A stretch of 64,000 nucleotides of DNA from the IMG/VR virus record IMGVR_UViG_3300032216_000918. One strand, given 5' to 3'. The notes beneath the pieces were generated by a model. That model ran no database searches, was not told the DNA's origin, and was given only the letters and a program-made list of their open reading frames with translations. This stretch comes from an uncultured virus (IMG/VR IMGVR_UViG_3300032216_000918) (taxonomy: Duplodnaviria > Heunggongvirae > Uroviricota > Caudoviricetes). This document shows, piece by piece, positions 55,101-62,648 of the stretch (position 1 is the stretch's first letter; each line of letters opens with the position of its first letter). The position numbers and the translations under genes were made by a program.

Positions 55101-57392
55101 GTAGAACGCATTATTGAAACCAAAGAGGGCGCCAGCCTTCTCAAAGTATCTCAGGCTCTTAAAGAAGCCGATGTAGGCGATGCTAACGCGGCTAACCAGT
55201 TGTTTACATTTTATTTAGCAGCTAAACGCGCCAAGAACAAAGGCTTAAGTAAACTTAATTTTGGTGAAAATGTAACTCAAGAAATGCTTGATAAGGTCAT
55301 GGCGCGTATTGAGTCTGACCCAAAAACAGCAAAAGCGTTTGCAAATGCGGCCGATATTTACAACGAGTACAACAAAGGGTTAATTAACTTTGGCGTTCAG
55401 ACTGGTCGATTCTCCAAAGAAGAAGCGGCAAAACTGCTTAAAGAAAATGACTATGTTCCGTTCTACAGAATTAATAAAACTACTGGAGAAGTATGGCTAG
55501 ATATAGGCGGAGCCGACCCAGTTCATATTGGTAACATTAAAGAGCAACCTTATTTAAAAGAACTTGCTGGCGATAACAAGCCTATTCTAGACGTATTTAC
55601 TAGTGCGTTGCAAAACACTCGCATGCTTACAGATATGGCTTTGCGCAATTTAGCTACTCGTAATGTGGCATTTAGCTTGCAGCAGTTGGGCGGATTACAG
55701 ATTAAGAAAGCACGGTCTGGTAAAGATTTTGGTTCAGGTATTTATCCAACTAAAGGCCCGGCTAGCCCAGACGTTATTCGTTTTAAGATTGACGGCGTAG
55801 ATCATCATGCTATTGTTGACACTGATGCTATGGGAATTCCAGCAGAATTGCTGGTTAAAGGAATGGACGGAGTTAGCACTTCTATGCCTACTTTGGTAAA
55901 AGTAGCTGGATACCCTGCTAAGTGGTTGCGTTCATTTATTACTCGTAACCCAGCTTACGCTATTCGTCAGATTGCTCGCGACTCATTATCCAACGCGTTT
56001 ACTACCGGTTCAAATTCTTTGCCTATTATTGATAACTTAAAGCAGCTAGGTTCTATGCTAAAAAACACCAATGAAGGCGAAATGCTACTCAAGCGCCGGG
56101 GTGTTTTAGGCGGTCAAGTTCTTGGTAATGCATCTGACGCTATGCAAAAAGCTATGCTGCAAATCATTGACGGCAAGCCAGGTTGGGAAAAAGCTATGGC
56201 TTACTTAGACCACGTTGCTATGATGGGCGATGCTTCTTCTCGTGTAACATCTTATGAGAGCTTTGTTAAGCAAGGCTTGTCCGATATGGAAGCTACATTA
56301 GCGGCTTTAGAAGCCATGAACTTCAGTAAGAAAGGCACGTCACCTAGTTTATACCTCCTAAACCACATGGTTCCGTTCTTAAATGCGCAGATCCAAGGTA
56401 TGGATGTTCTTTACAAAGCGTTTGCTGGCAAGATGCCATTTGCTGACAAGCTAGATATTAAGTCTAAGATTTGGAAACGCGGCGCTATGATGGCTGCATT
56501 TACTATGGCGTACACAGCTATGTCATACGATGATGATGACTACCAAAATGCAACTGCCGCTGAGAGAATTGGTAACTGGTTTATTAAAGTACCGGGTATT
56601 GACGAAAAGGTTAAAGTACCTATTCCATTTGAAGTGGGCGGCATCTTCAAAATGTTCCCAGAGATGATTTACTCTACTGCGTTTAAAGATAAGAAGCTTG
56701 GCGACGCTGCTTCTGAAATTTCTAAGTACGCTGTGGATAACTTCATGCCTTCGTTTACACCTACAGCTATTAAGCCGATCATTGAACTTGGCGCTAACTA
56801 CTCGTTCTTTACCGGCAAGCCAATTGAAAGCCAGCGCTTACGTGAACTTGCGCCGGGTGAACGTGCTTATGCAAATACGCCAGAAGTTTTAAAAGCTTTG
56901 GGTAGAGCTACTAACATGTCTCCAGTGCAGATGGAATACCTTATACGTACTTATACAGGTTCGTTACCTTTGGCGTTGTTATCTCTTGCTAATCCAGTTG
57001 CAAGTGAAGCAGAAGCTCCTGAAGGTCGCGGCGCATTGAGTAGCACAACCCCAATCATAGGCGCTTTCTTCCAGCCTAAAGATGCAAACGGTTTGATTGA
57101 TAAAGCGTACCAAGAAATGAACAATGTCATTCAAGCCGAGCGCACATTTAAAAACTACGTAGAAAGCGGACGTGATGAAGAAGCCGAAGCGTTCTTAACC
57201 AAAGAAGCTGACTTGATTGGTATGGCTAGCTTCTCAGGTAAGTTTAGAAAGCAAATGGGCGACTTGGCTAAACAAGAACGCATGGTAAGGTCTATGACTG
57301 GTATTAGCGGTGCTGAAAAACGTCAGATGCTAGATGAAATTAAAGAAGCTAAGATAGAAATTTCTAAAGCTTTTACTAGCGCACGCGAGTAA
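49107..57392 (+). CDS. Large polyvalent virion protein (zincin-like, ART-like and LPD38-like domains)
   Basis: 2761 aa; LLHEVGTH...DELLA; WHGS...FKKFD...G.GPYVT; C-terminal PFLNAQIQG...PIPFEVG. Confidence 0.7.
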   Translation: MAIYRVQGPDGNIYKIEGPDGAKPHDIEAFAAQQYANRTQAAATPTEPEVKPDTGAFTGSAKAGLAGLKAGAHRVAGKLGLEDIGKAEEEAKKQEKYAEQIYKPTEEGWLEAPWTKLKETAGGSLPYTVAPVIAGAAVGAAPVAGALGLGATTAAMLGAGAASAAQFTGSNLSRQVQEGKSLQDASLMQAAAAAIPQAALDVVGLRYIPGIQKIFKSVGQDITEQAAKKMLEQGTLRTAGQYIAGGAKIAGIEGATEAGQQFFERLQAGLNIADPEARKEYLDNFIGGAALGAVASPFGVRGTRGQAKEVVAKAQAGRDAQALQEEENRKAQEAETLAAQKEMQGMAPSGLTEVETEQNRIRLERSAAQITDQRRVLENKLDELRTQASEETDLGKLQAISEEAQKYHTALDDIDPDKIKTQIASLAKDNTAIQKQLKKIKDDPEAAAELQTSLEQNQTKAQELTDRLAAIAHSNQKEVTAEKINSDLAKKQKALDKAKSEGDLLSVGKIVQSMKELQAQHPGEQPSLFEGEGEDTTYPDYQKRLAEEDRQRKAKSQEVLDQEAIENYQQQEIAQSIGEKPKLSKYKEEMTQDEYMDLLSQKLVDLHTRPDTHVPAPLTPAQKAAETKRVNAINAAKADFDAKSKEYQDLVAKADELGRGEKGRGTEIYTARGDVAALGKQVEAARKAANEAKAKMIAAIPDGTKTTIESGRASEAAQDVHLLDLTDTIDSMRKGEWFGGPNPEMATGSLATKTMKARKSLDKYIQATVSNINYARLAKGMDRLNEKEKADIVHTLDKLMTGKIQRATGKKAMNLIIADRLKSPIQENLNKINDQIATLRKNGQTIRTSPAMAELTKRSQAYKDEIANIDAAVTENKIDKLVNKGNLDTEVMRAALEKAGFRFTEQEVLTGFHRNEYKAVQQEATKLKNKYTNQGVKEVGKLQKIPPEGASRYAVQNVLAKKQAVKNAKEVKAAPQKTTQERTKETEQEAAQQTGLGLAGKKQTFETAEKLQAALPHQGPKVQAAFNFAKQYYKEMLARRSMIMNAKQREALKAARKKYIESRAALNQQFKNSRVDPRIAKIMNWMVTADEKTARYRKAENLIIGMEEKMQQQVFAKTPKKQVETIAPAKKEEQEKLTEKEQQLKEELGYTLDKEKVEEEVGRISEIGLAKMRKTMQDRVDFITKRLESQKAPVKDRESLVKEKDKLMAQIKATDQILNARRIGMIIGQAQEEKGARRYKATKTEKKMVKEGKLGEKGITPEAYDLVLKAFHENQKGASEADFNQKIRTLTSIELRLERAGKGYANVPPLTAKRKKQLEKQQALLRDELKPFNDKQTAEEEAEELGIKDVEAYKRMLNAMNIKFSRGTPQESQTVNEVVSTLEKAFGEEGVLGNQDLENMFEVSQLPKVSVLQSMDTAPKWIRDLYAAHVPADAKGFTDGDKAFLIADNLGKNEALGVLLHEVGTHIGFKNFFNKNQYNTLVNVVKKWGTLADNSIEAKVGRLAKERVEAAGTAEKDVNDELLAYAIEEAVKLGIDPYAMKGGRPITNWLRSLFDAFKKYLKQIGLSPETLTAGDLVNMAYGAAHLELHGTWHGSPVKFKKFDLTKAGTGEKEVTDRFTQERIGNGPYVTNSEEMAKTYYAKTLAMSKAAKKTLEYDGEKWDPEPQPEDAPAKKRAIQAMLTTYMASVRDGGVTDPAHNKAVKNFIEHYITNASSPQERELFKSLDPAKIKVEWGKNPAGHLYRTLDDVPKDKVYQVYGNQIRQGQNPKLDALVEKFGSPHGSKGPWDYDDGDGPYHPGNFLWFDLVKKFGDVKAGELLHEASFDAIERTDKNGHHERAYLGGYLPEIFGVDLNTVGTSGVRDRFDRVKEGELLFSRGPKYNSTFSDLGDDVNKIVHANKSVRDKVHAAAAGFKTPKDIIKDGGALSPKNILALRTRLIDRFAPMEKVAEALSKMQSSLEGTQLMYYLRMFDQGINWVAQTASHGPMSIIEKKRADGKVERIIETKEGASLLKVSQALKEADVGDANAANQLFTFYLAAKRAKNKGLSKLNFGENVTQEMLDKVMARIESDPKTAKAFANAADIYNEYNKGLINFGVQTGRFSKEEAAKLLKENDYVPFYRINKTTGEVWLDIGGADPVHIGNIKEQPYLKELAGDNKPILDVFTSALQNTRMLTDMALRNLATRNVAFSLQQLGGLQIKKARSGKDFGSGIYPTKGPASPDVIRFKIDGVDHHAIVDTDAMGIPAELLVKGMDGVSTSMPTLVKVAGYPAKWLRSFITRNPAYAIRQIARDSLSNAFTTGSNSLPIIDNLKQLGSMLKNTNEGEMLLKRRGVLGGQVLGNASDAMQKAMLQIIDGKPGWEKAMAYLDHVAMMGDASSRVTSYESFVKQGLSDMEATLAALEAMNFSKKGTSPSLYLLNHMVPFLNAQIQGMDVLYKAFAGKMPFADKLDIKSKIWKRGAMMAAFTMAYTAMSYDDDDYQNATAAERIGNWFIKVPGIDEKVKVPIPFEVGGIFKMFPEMIYSTAFKDKKLGDAASEISKYAVDNFMPSFTPTAIKPIIELGANYSFFTGKPIESQRLRELAPGERAYANTPEVLKALGRATNMSPVQMEYLIRTYTGSLPLALLSLANPVASEAEAPEGRGALSSTTPIIGAFFQPKDANGLIDKAYQEMNNVIQAERTFKNYVESGRDEEAEAFLTKEADLIGMASFSGKFRKQMGDLAKQERMVRSMTGISGAEKRQMLDEIKEAKIEISKAFTSARE

Positions 57393-57567
57393 ACCACACC
57401 CCAATTTTGCCGTCCTTGCGTCCTACTTCAGCTTTTGCTAAGACTTGGTGGTAAAGGGCGGCTTTTAAACCGTTTACCTTTACCTCTTCAAACTTCAATG
57501 TAGGAACAAAGAAGCCCCCATTAGCGGGGACTTCTAACCACGGGAAATGCACCTTAATCTTCCTCAC
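57376..57567 (-). CDS. Small conserved phage protein
   Basis: FPW......GFFVP...GVWF.RV pattern. Confidence 0.6.
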   Translation of the reverse strand: MRKIKVHFPWLEVPANGGFFVPTLKFEEVKVNGLKAALYHQVLAKAEVGRKDGKIGVWFTRVR

Positions 57568-60415
57568 TTATTACCAGCGGACGTGTAATTCTCATCACGT
57601 TAACCCGCATTGATGGGCCACGTGTCTTAGCCAGCATGTCTTTGCGCATGTACGCAATCTTGTAGTTAGGTAGAGACTCAAGTTCTTTCTTTAAGTCAGA
57701 GTACCCGTAGCTCATAGTAGAACAGTGCTGTTTAAGTAACTGCTCCTCAATGTAGTAGTCAACGTGCCCCGGGGTTACATCGTGCTCAATTCTACCTGCA
57801 ACATCAGAGCGTGTTAGGGATTCGTCTACTTCTTTTGAGCCGCCAAGCAGTGCCCTGTTTGTGCCTTCTACGTTTTTAACCACAACAAATTTACCGTAGC
57901 ACTCGCGGGTGTAGGCATTAAGAACATCCTCAGCGGAGCGGCGGTTACCACGAACTGCGGATCTTGCTTCATTAACCATACCGCGAAGCGTTTCTATGAT
58001 GGGGCGGATGGGTACATCAATAATGTTTGCGTATTTTTTGCTCATAAGTATCACTATAGCTACGATGGCGGCATTACCAGCAGTCCAATAACGCTCGTCA
58101 TCTGATGAATTAAATTCCGCTTTTAACTTCTCGCGGGTCTCGTTGTACACCTGTATAGCCGTAAGTCTGTTCTTAACAATCCAGCGAATCAATTCACGAC
58201 CTACGACACCGTAATTTGATTTAAGAATATCGACTGTACTGCTCTCGGTTGATGATGCCCATTGAACTTCCTTGGCTGGCTTAACTTCTAACATACGAAG
58301 CATCTCAGCTTGGGAAGTGTGCTTGCGTCCACCTGATAAGAAGTCGTAAATATGAGTGTTGCTTGAAAACAACACCATCAAGTTCCACACAGTAGTATTC
58401 AACCGCTCCTTATTGGCGCCTTGTTCCATGCGCTCTTTGCCCTTACCTTGGGTTAAATCTAGTAGGAACTGTGGTAACCACTCAAATGACTCGCGGTTTT
58501 TGTTTGTAATCTCATCCATTACAAGCGGTAGGCTGTTTAATAAGCCCTGTCTTTGCTGCGCCGCTACTGCTGAAGTTGATTGCGTAACCCTGTAGAGCTC
58601 TGGATGACCCCAAAAACTAGCTGCAAGGGCTAAGGCAAGCGATTTACCACGACCTGAACCCGAGGAACCAAGATGATAAACAACGCCCCTAAAGCCCGAG
58701 AAGTGCATCAGGATAGAGGCAGGCCCTACCATGCCCATGGTAACAATCTCCCATAGCTCCTTGGCGATGTACATATTAAGGACTTTTTTCCATTCATCAA
58801 GGGTGCCCATAGGTTTAGTAGCGTAATTGACGTTTGCCATACTTGGCGTTGGAACATAAAGCTCCTTGCCATCAGGAAAGAAAATATGGCTGTCATAAAC
58901 AAATGAATTGTCCTCTTGCCAACCGCAACTGTGCGGAACCCTGACGGCTACCTTATTAGAACTGGCATACTCAACGCAACCCCTGATGTACTCATATAGG
59001 TTAACGTCATTACCTTTCCCATAGACCGCAATGATATTGTGGCTAGCTAGCATCTTAACCGTCTCGTCCTTACTGACCACAGATTTCTGGGGCATGATAA
59101 TGTCGATTGTGTTGTTAGGGCGGCAAGCTATCATGTGAACCAAATGCTCGTCGCCGTTATCTAAGATGTCAACGACAAACAAATCGTAAGGCAGAATCAT
59201 TACCTGTTTCTTAGCCTTCTCTCCACCTTCAGCTTCCTCAACCATTTTGTCAACGAAGATACCGCCGTTGGCGCCATAACTAAATCCGCGTGGTGGGATA
59301 GGACGAAGAAGCATTACTTGCTCAGCCGGCTTAGTGTCGGTAGCCGCTTTAGTTTCTAGAATGATTTCTTTAGGTTTGTTGTCAACTTTAATCTCGCGCC
59401 CTAATGCTAATGGGTTAGTGATCTTGCCAAAATGCGGGCAGCTTTTACACACACCAGGATTTGCCTCATCAAACTTCAAACAACCATACGGCCCTTTAAT
59501 CTGATGCCACTTAGTGCTATGCCTATCCAAATCGTATGGGTGCATGGCAGATAGCGCCAAACCTTCTTCTTCTCCATCTTCGCAAAATTTAGCTATGCTA
59601 AGGACACCGCGCCACAAAGGTTCCATGCCGTCATCTTTAGCGTGGTCTATGTAGTGCTGAATTTGTCTGCACTTTGGTGCTAGATTTTTAAAGAACGTAA
59701 TGCTGTTCTCAACCATCTTGACGCTAGATGCTGTGCCTTTTAAGTCTGGGCGTTTGCCGGGCAAATCAAATTTTGGTAGGAGTTCATGGGAATCTTCCCC
59801 GACTTTATCTTTGATGACCGTAGCTAATTGAGTAAAGTCAAACGTACTACCAACCACCTTGATAATTACAGCCCGTGGTTTTTCTTGCTTGTAATTTTGT
59901 GTATCAGGTACCCGCAGTACTCGAGCAGCGTCGCCAGTAACCATAGCATCAATATTCAAGCCTTCCTTTTTGCATAGGCGCTTGAGATTTTCAGCTGCTG
60001 GTTTCCATGTGGCAATATCTACTTCTTCTGTGAACGGCCAGTATACGTGTAGTCCGCCGCCACTAGATACGATGTATGGCGTTCCGAGGGTATCTAGCGA
60101 AGTTTCAGATAAAAATTTCCCCAGTGCCGCTGCTGCCGCCTGTTTATTAGGATAATCCTTTCCTTCCCCACAATCAATATCCAAGAATAAAGATTTTATT
60201 TTTACTGCGTTTGTGGCTAATCGCTTGCCACTTGTATTAAATGATGCTAGCGCATAAAAAGCGTTTAAGCCTTCACCACTAAAATGTGTAGCGTTGCTGT
60301 ACAGCTCATCAATCGTGTCAACAAAGACATGTTCTTTTTTTGCTGTGCTAAGTTCGCAGGCGCAGTATTTACCCGAAGACGGAAGCACAGTCGCTAGGAA
60401 TTCCTGCGACTTCAT
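57554..60415 (-). CDS. Primase-helicase (AEP/RepB-like primase plus DUF927-type helicase)
   Basis: LDID, SGGGLHVYW and RVLRVP primase motifs; CKSC; Walker A SGRGKS; Walker B VMDE. Confidence 0.85.
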   Translation of the reverse strand: MKSQEFLATVLPSSGKYCACELSTAKKEHVFVDTIDELYSNATHFSGEGLNAFYALASFNTSGKRLATNAVKIKSLFLDIDCGEGKDYPNKQAAAAALGKFLSETSLDTLGTPYIVSSGGGLHVYWPFTEEVDIATWKPAAENLKRLCKKEGLNIDAMVTGDAARVLRVPDTQNYKQEKPRAVIIKVVGSTFDFTQLATVIKDKVGEDSHELLPKFDLPGKRPDLKGTASSVKMVENSITFFKNLAPKCRQIQHYIDHAKDDGMEPLWRGVLSIAKFCEDGEEEGLALSAMHPYDLDRHSTKWHQIKGPYGCLKFDEANPGVCKSCPHFGKITNPLALGREIKVDNKPKEIILETKAATDTKPAEQVMLLRPIPPRGFSYGANGGIFVDKMVEEAEGGEKAKKQVMILPYDLFVVDILDNGDEHLVHMIACRPNNTIDIIMPQKSVVSKDETVKMLASHNIIAVYGKGNDVNLYEYIRGCVEYASSNKVAVRVPHSCGWQEDNSFVYDSHIFFPDGKELYVPTPSMANVNYATKPMGTLDEWKKVLNMYIAKELWEIVTMGMVGPASILMHFSGFRGVVYHLGSSGSGRGKSLALALAASFWGHPELYRVTQSTSAVAAQQRQGLLNSLPLVMDEITNKNRESFEWLPQFLLDLTQGKGKERMEQGANKERLNTTVWNLMVLFSSNTHIYDFLSGGRKHTSQAEMLRMLEVKPAKEVQWASSTESSTVDILKSNYGVVGRELIRWIVKNRLTAIQVYNETREKLKAEFNSSDDERYWTAGNAAIVAIVILMSKKYANIIDVPIRPIIETLRGMVNEARSAVRGNRRSAEDVLNAYTRECYGKFVVVKNVEGTNRALLGGSKEVDESLTRSDVAGRIEHDVTPGHVDYYIEEQLLKQHCSTMSYGYSDLKKELESLPNYKIAYMRKDMLAKTRGPSMRVNVMRITRPLVISEED

Positions 60416-60429
60416 AGATGCTCCTTGGG

Positions 60430-60585
60430 TTAGCCGTTAATGCGTTGATCGAATCTTTTTATTAGTTCCTTTTGAAAACTCAACGGCATGCTGGTATCAA
60501 GGTAGCGTTCTGCAAAGCGAATTAATTCTTTGTCTGTAAGGGCAGCTGGTGAGATCACCGCTTGGTTTATTTTTTCTGATTGCAT
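60430..60585 (-). CDS. Hypothetical 51-aa protein (not in ORF track)
   Basis: MQSEKINQAVISPAALTDKELIRFAE...RING*; SD GAGG; fills the gap. Confidence 0.55.
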   Translation of the reverse strand: MQSEKINQAVISPAALTDKELIRFAERYLDTSMPLSFQKELIKRFDQRING

Positions 60586-60833
60586 TTTTTCATTGCCTCT
60601 TCAACTGTGCTGCTTGTTTGTAATATGAGTAACAAATTTGTTACGCCTGTTCTGTATGAGGGTGTAACTTCAGTTCCGGAAAACCAGTTATAAACCGTCT
60701 GTCTTGTTGCGCCTGTGTACTGCGAAATCTGAATCACAGGAAAATTCAGTTTAATAGCCCATCGACCTAGCTGGTTACCCAGCGTTTTAGGGGCGCTGGA
60801 TATTGTTTGTTTTATTGTTTCTGAGTAAGCCAT
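60567..60833 (-). CDS. Cro/XRE-like HTH protein
   Basis: VIQISQYTGATRQTVYNWFSG HTH. Confidence 0.75.
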   Translation of the reverse strand: MAYSETIKQTISSAPKTLGNQLGRWAIKLNFPVIQISQYTGATRQTVYNWFSGTEVTPSYRTGVTNLLLILQTSSTVEEAMKKCNQKK

Positions 60834-60929
60834 ATTATTCTTTTAAAAAAAGGCGGGGAGGCATCCTTCTTAGTCTGAAATCTCTAAGAGCCATAGAGCT
60901 GAATAGTGTCAGCCTCCCCAAAACCACCC

Positions 60930-61079
60930 TCACGTGGAACAGGTCGTGAAACAGTTTCCAGAACCATCACAGCAAATCGTGCAGATCTTTCCTGTTTCAC
61001 TCATAGTCGTTGTCATGCAGCCAGCATAAGCAGCGGATACCGCTAGCAGCAACCCAAAGGATACGATAGTCTTACTCAT
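60930..61079 (-). CDS. 49-aa secreted six-cysteine miniprotein (not in ORF track)
   Basis: MSKTIVSFGLLLAVSAAYA-GCMTTTMSETGKICTICCDGSGNCFTTCST*; start overlaps the upstream stop. Confidence 0.65.
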   Translation of the reverse strand: MSKTIVSFGLLLAVSAAYAGCMTTTMSETGKICTICCDGSGNCFTTCST

Positions 61080-61962
61080 CATCTGTATCCCACTCATCAA
61101 CAACCGCCGCTAAGTCCCCAGTTTTTTTCTTCGGAACAGCTGACGGTTTAACCGCTGGCTTGCGCTTCTCAGGCTCGTCAAATGACTCTGCTGCTTCTTT
61201 CGGTGCGGCTAAAGCTGGTGCGGGGGCTGTCTTCTTAGTGCCGCCCATACCAAAACTCATAACTACTGCCGCTTTAGCTTCAGTCGACTCGCTCTTTTCC
61301 TTAACGGTTTCAAACTCGTCTTGCTCTAGCCAACGCATTGGTTGGAAGAATAGCTTAGGTACAGCGGCTTTAGTATCAAAACGCAAACGGGTTACCACAG
61401 TCTCAGGGTTAATACTTTGAGCTGCTAAGTAACGGGCGTACGCTTGCAATGGGCGCTTATCGCCTTCTTCTTTACCAAAGATTGATGTAGCAGACAGGGT
61501 TAACTGCATAATATCGCCACCAACATCATTAGCCAATACTACTGCTAGACGCTGGCTATAACGACAGGCGCGTGAATTACCTTGACCTGATCCAGCAGAA
61601 TTCTGTGGGCATGAGGCGCAATTACTAGATTGAGGATCTTCTGCATGGGCGTCAGGTTTTTCACCATCGGCTGACCAGCAAGCTGGGCCTTTAGTAGAAC
61701 CTTCTTCGTATGTGCCTGCATAAAATGTACGGCTGATTTTTGGTGCCGCTTGAACAATGACTACATCAAGATGGCGATCATCAATAGACGCTACTTCTTC
61801 GCTACCAGCCAACAGACGGAACACACCACCTTTGATGGAAATGCGCTTGCTAAAACTACTACCGCCACCACCAGCTAGGCTTTTGGCTAAGTCTGAAAGT
61901 AATCCTGATTTAGCGAACGCTGGTAGTTTAGCGGGGTTAAATGCTGTGAGTTCTTTACTCAT
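61072..61962 (-). CDS. Putative ssDNA-binding/annealing protein
   Basis: RISIKGG; C.S.DG..P...C..CP.N...RAC Zn motif; acidic C-terminal tail WDTDDE; replication context. Confidence 0.5.
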   Translation of the reverse strand: MSKELTAFNPAKLPAFAKSGLLSDLAKSLAGGGGSSFSKRISIKGGVFRLLAGSEEVASIDDRHLDVVIVQAAPKISRTFYAGTYEEGSTKGPACWSADGEKPDAHAEDPQSSNCASCPQNSAGSGQGNSRACRYSQRLAVVLANDVGGDIMQLTLSATSIFGKEEGDKRPLQAYARYLAAQSINPETVVTRLRFDTKAAVPKLFFQPMRWLEQDEFETVKEKSESTEAKAAVVMSFGMGGTKKTAPAPALAAPKEAAESFDEPEKRKPAVKPSAVPKKKTGDLAAVVDEWDTDDE

Positions 61963-62170
61963 TTGTTACTGCTCCTGTTTCAGTTGGCTTGGCAATAGCC
62001 ACGCCTGTTTGTAAAAATTCTAAAAATACTTCGGCTGTTTCTGTAACTTCATAGGCTGAGCCCTCATACATGCTTTTTGCAGCTGTATCTAAAGCCATTC
62101 TGCGAAGGTCTAACTCAAGCATAATGTTCCGAGCGGCTTGCTCTACTGCTTGTTGTTGTGCTGAATCCAT
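61955..62170 (-). CDS. Hypothetical protein
   Basis: LR..AL..A...A..F..FL helical pattern; SD AAGGAG. Confidence 0.55.
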   Translation of the reverse strand: MDSAQQQAVEQAARNIMLELDLRRMALDTAAKSMYEGSAYEVTETAEVFLEFLQTGVAIAKPTETGAVTNE

Positions 62171-62180
62171 TTACTTCTCC

Positions 62181-62585
62181 TTATTTAGTTGGTTTACGTA
62201 CTGATACTGATACTTCGGACATGGAGTTTAACCCAGCTGGTACTGCCCCAGGATTTTCCTCCAAGAACAACGCCATATTCTTTTGCGAAATGCGTCTCTC
62301 AAATAAATCTAGCGCATCGTGCTCCATAGCAAACGACTTAAATGAATCCCAATCGTCTGTGTAATAGCGTGTTTTTTGTGACAGGATAATTGTGCCTTCG
62401 TCTGTTTTTACAGATTGAAGACCGAGTGCCACCATCTGATCCTTCATGGCATTTTTAATTTCCTCCTGTTGTGCTTTAAGCTCTTCAAGCTGTGTTTCAT
62501 ACTGCGTGGTTAGCTCGTTGACCTTTGTGTATATCTTGCGATATACCTTTGCTAGTTTGTCTAGCGGAATAGCTTCGTCTGACAT
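62181..62585 (-). CDS. Conserved coiled-coil phage replication-module protein
   Basis: SVKT..GT...DW..F...L.ERRI.......PAGL pattern. Confidence 0.65.
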   Translation of the reverse strand: MSDEAIPLDKLAKVYRKIYTKVNELTTQYETQLEELKAQQEEIKNAMKDQMVALGLQSVKTDEGTIILSQKTRYYTDDWDSFKSFAMEHDALDLFERRISQKNMALFLEENPGAVPAGLNSMSEVSVSVRKPTK

Positions 62586-62604
62586 ACTTCCTCCTTTGTC
62601 AATA

Positions 62605-62633
62605 ATTATACATCATTGCTGATGGCAATACAA
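62605..62633 (-). promoter_or_regulatory. Sigma70 promoter TTGTAT-17-TATAAT
   Basis: -35 at 62628-33, -10 at 62605-10, followed by SD AAGGAGG. Confidence 0.6.
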
Positions 62634-62648
62634 CCCGAATACGGGTTT

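Noticed and set aside
49107..57392. N4-type virion RNA polymerase using the dyads as hairpin promoters
   Set aside because: No T7-like RNAP catalytic motifs recognised; dyads occur in both orientations with 4-nt spacers
60855..60919. tRNA gene
   Set aside because: No T-loop TTCRA, no D-loop consensus and no proper anticodon arm; no tRNA recognised anywhere in the window
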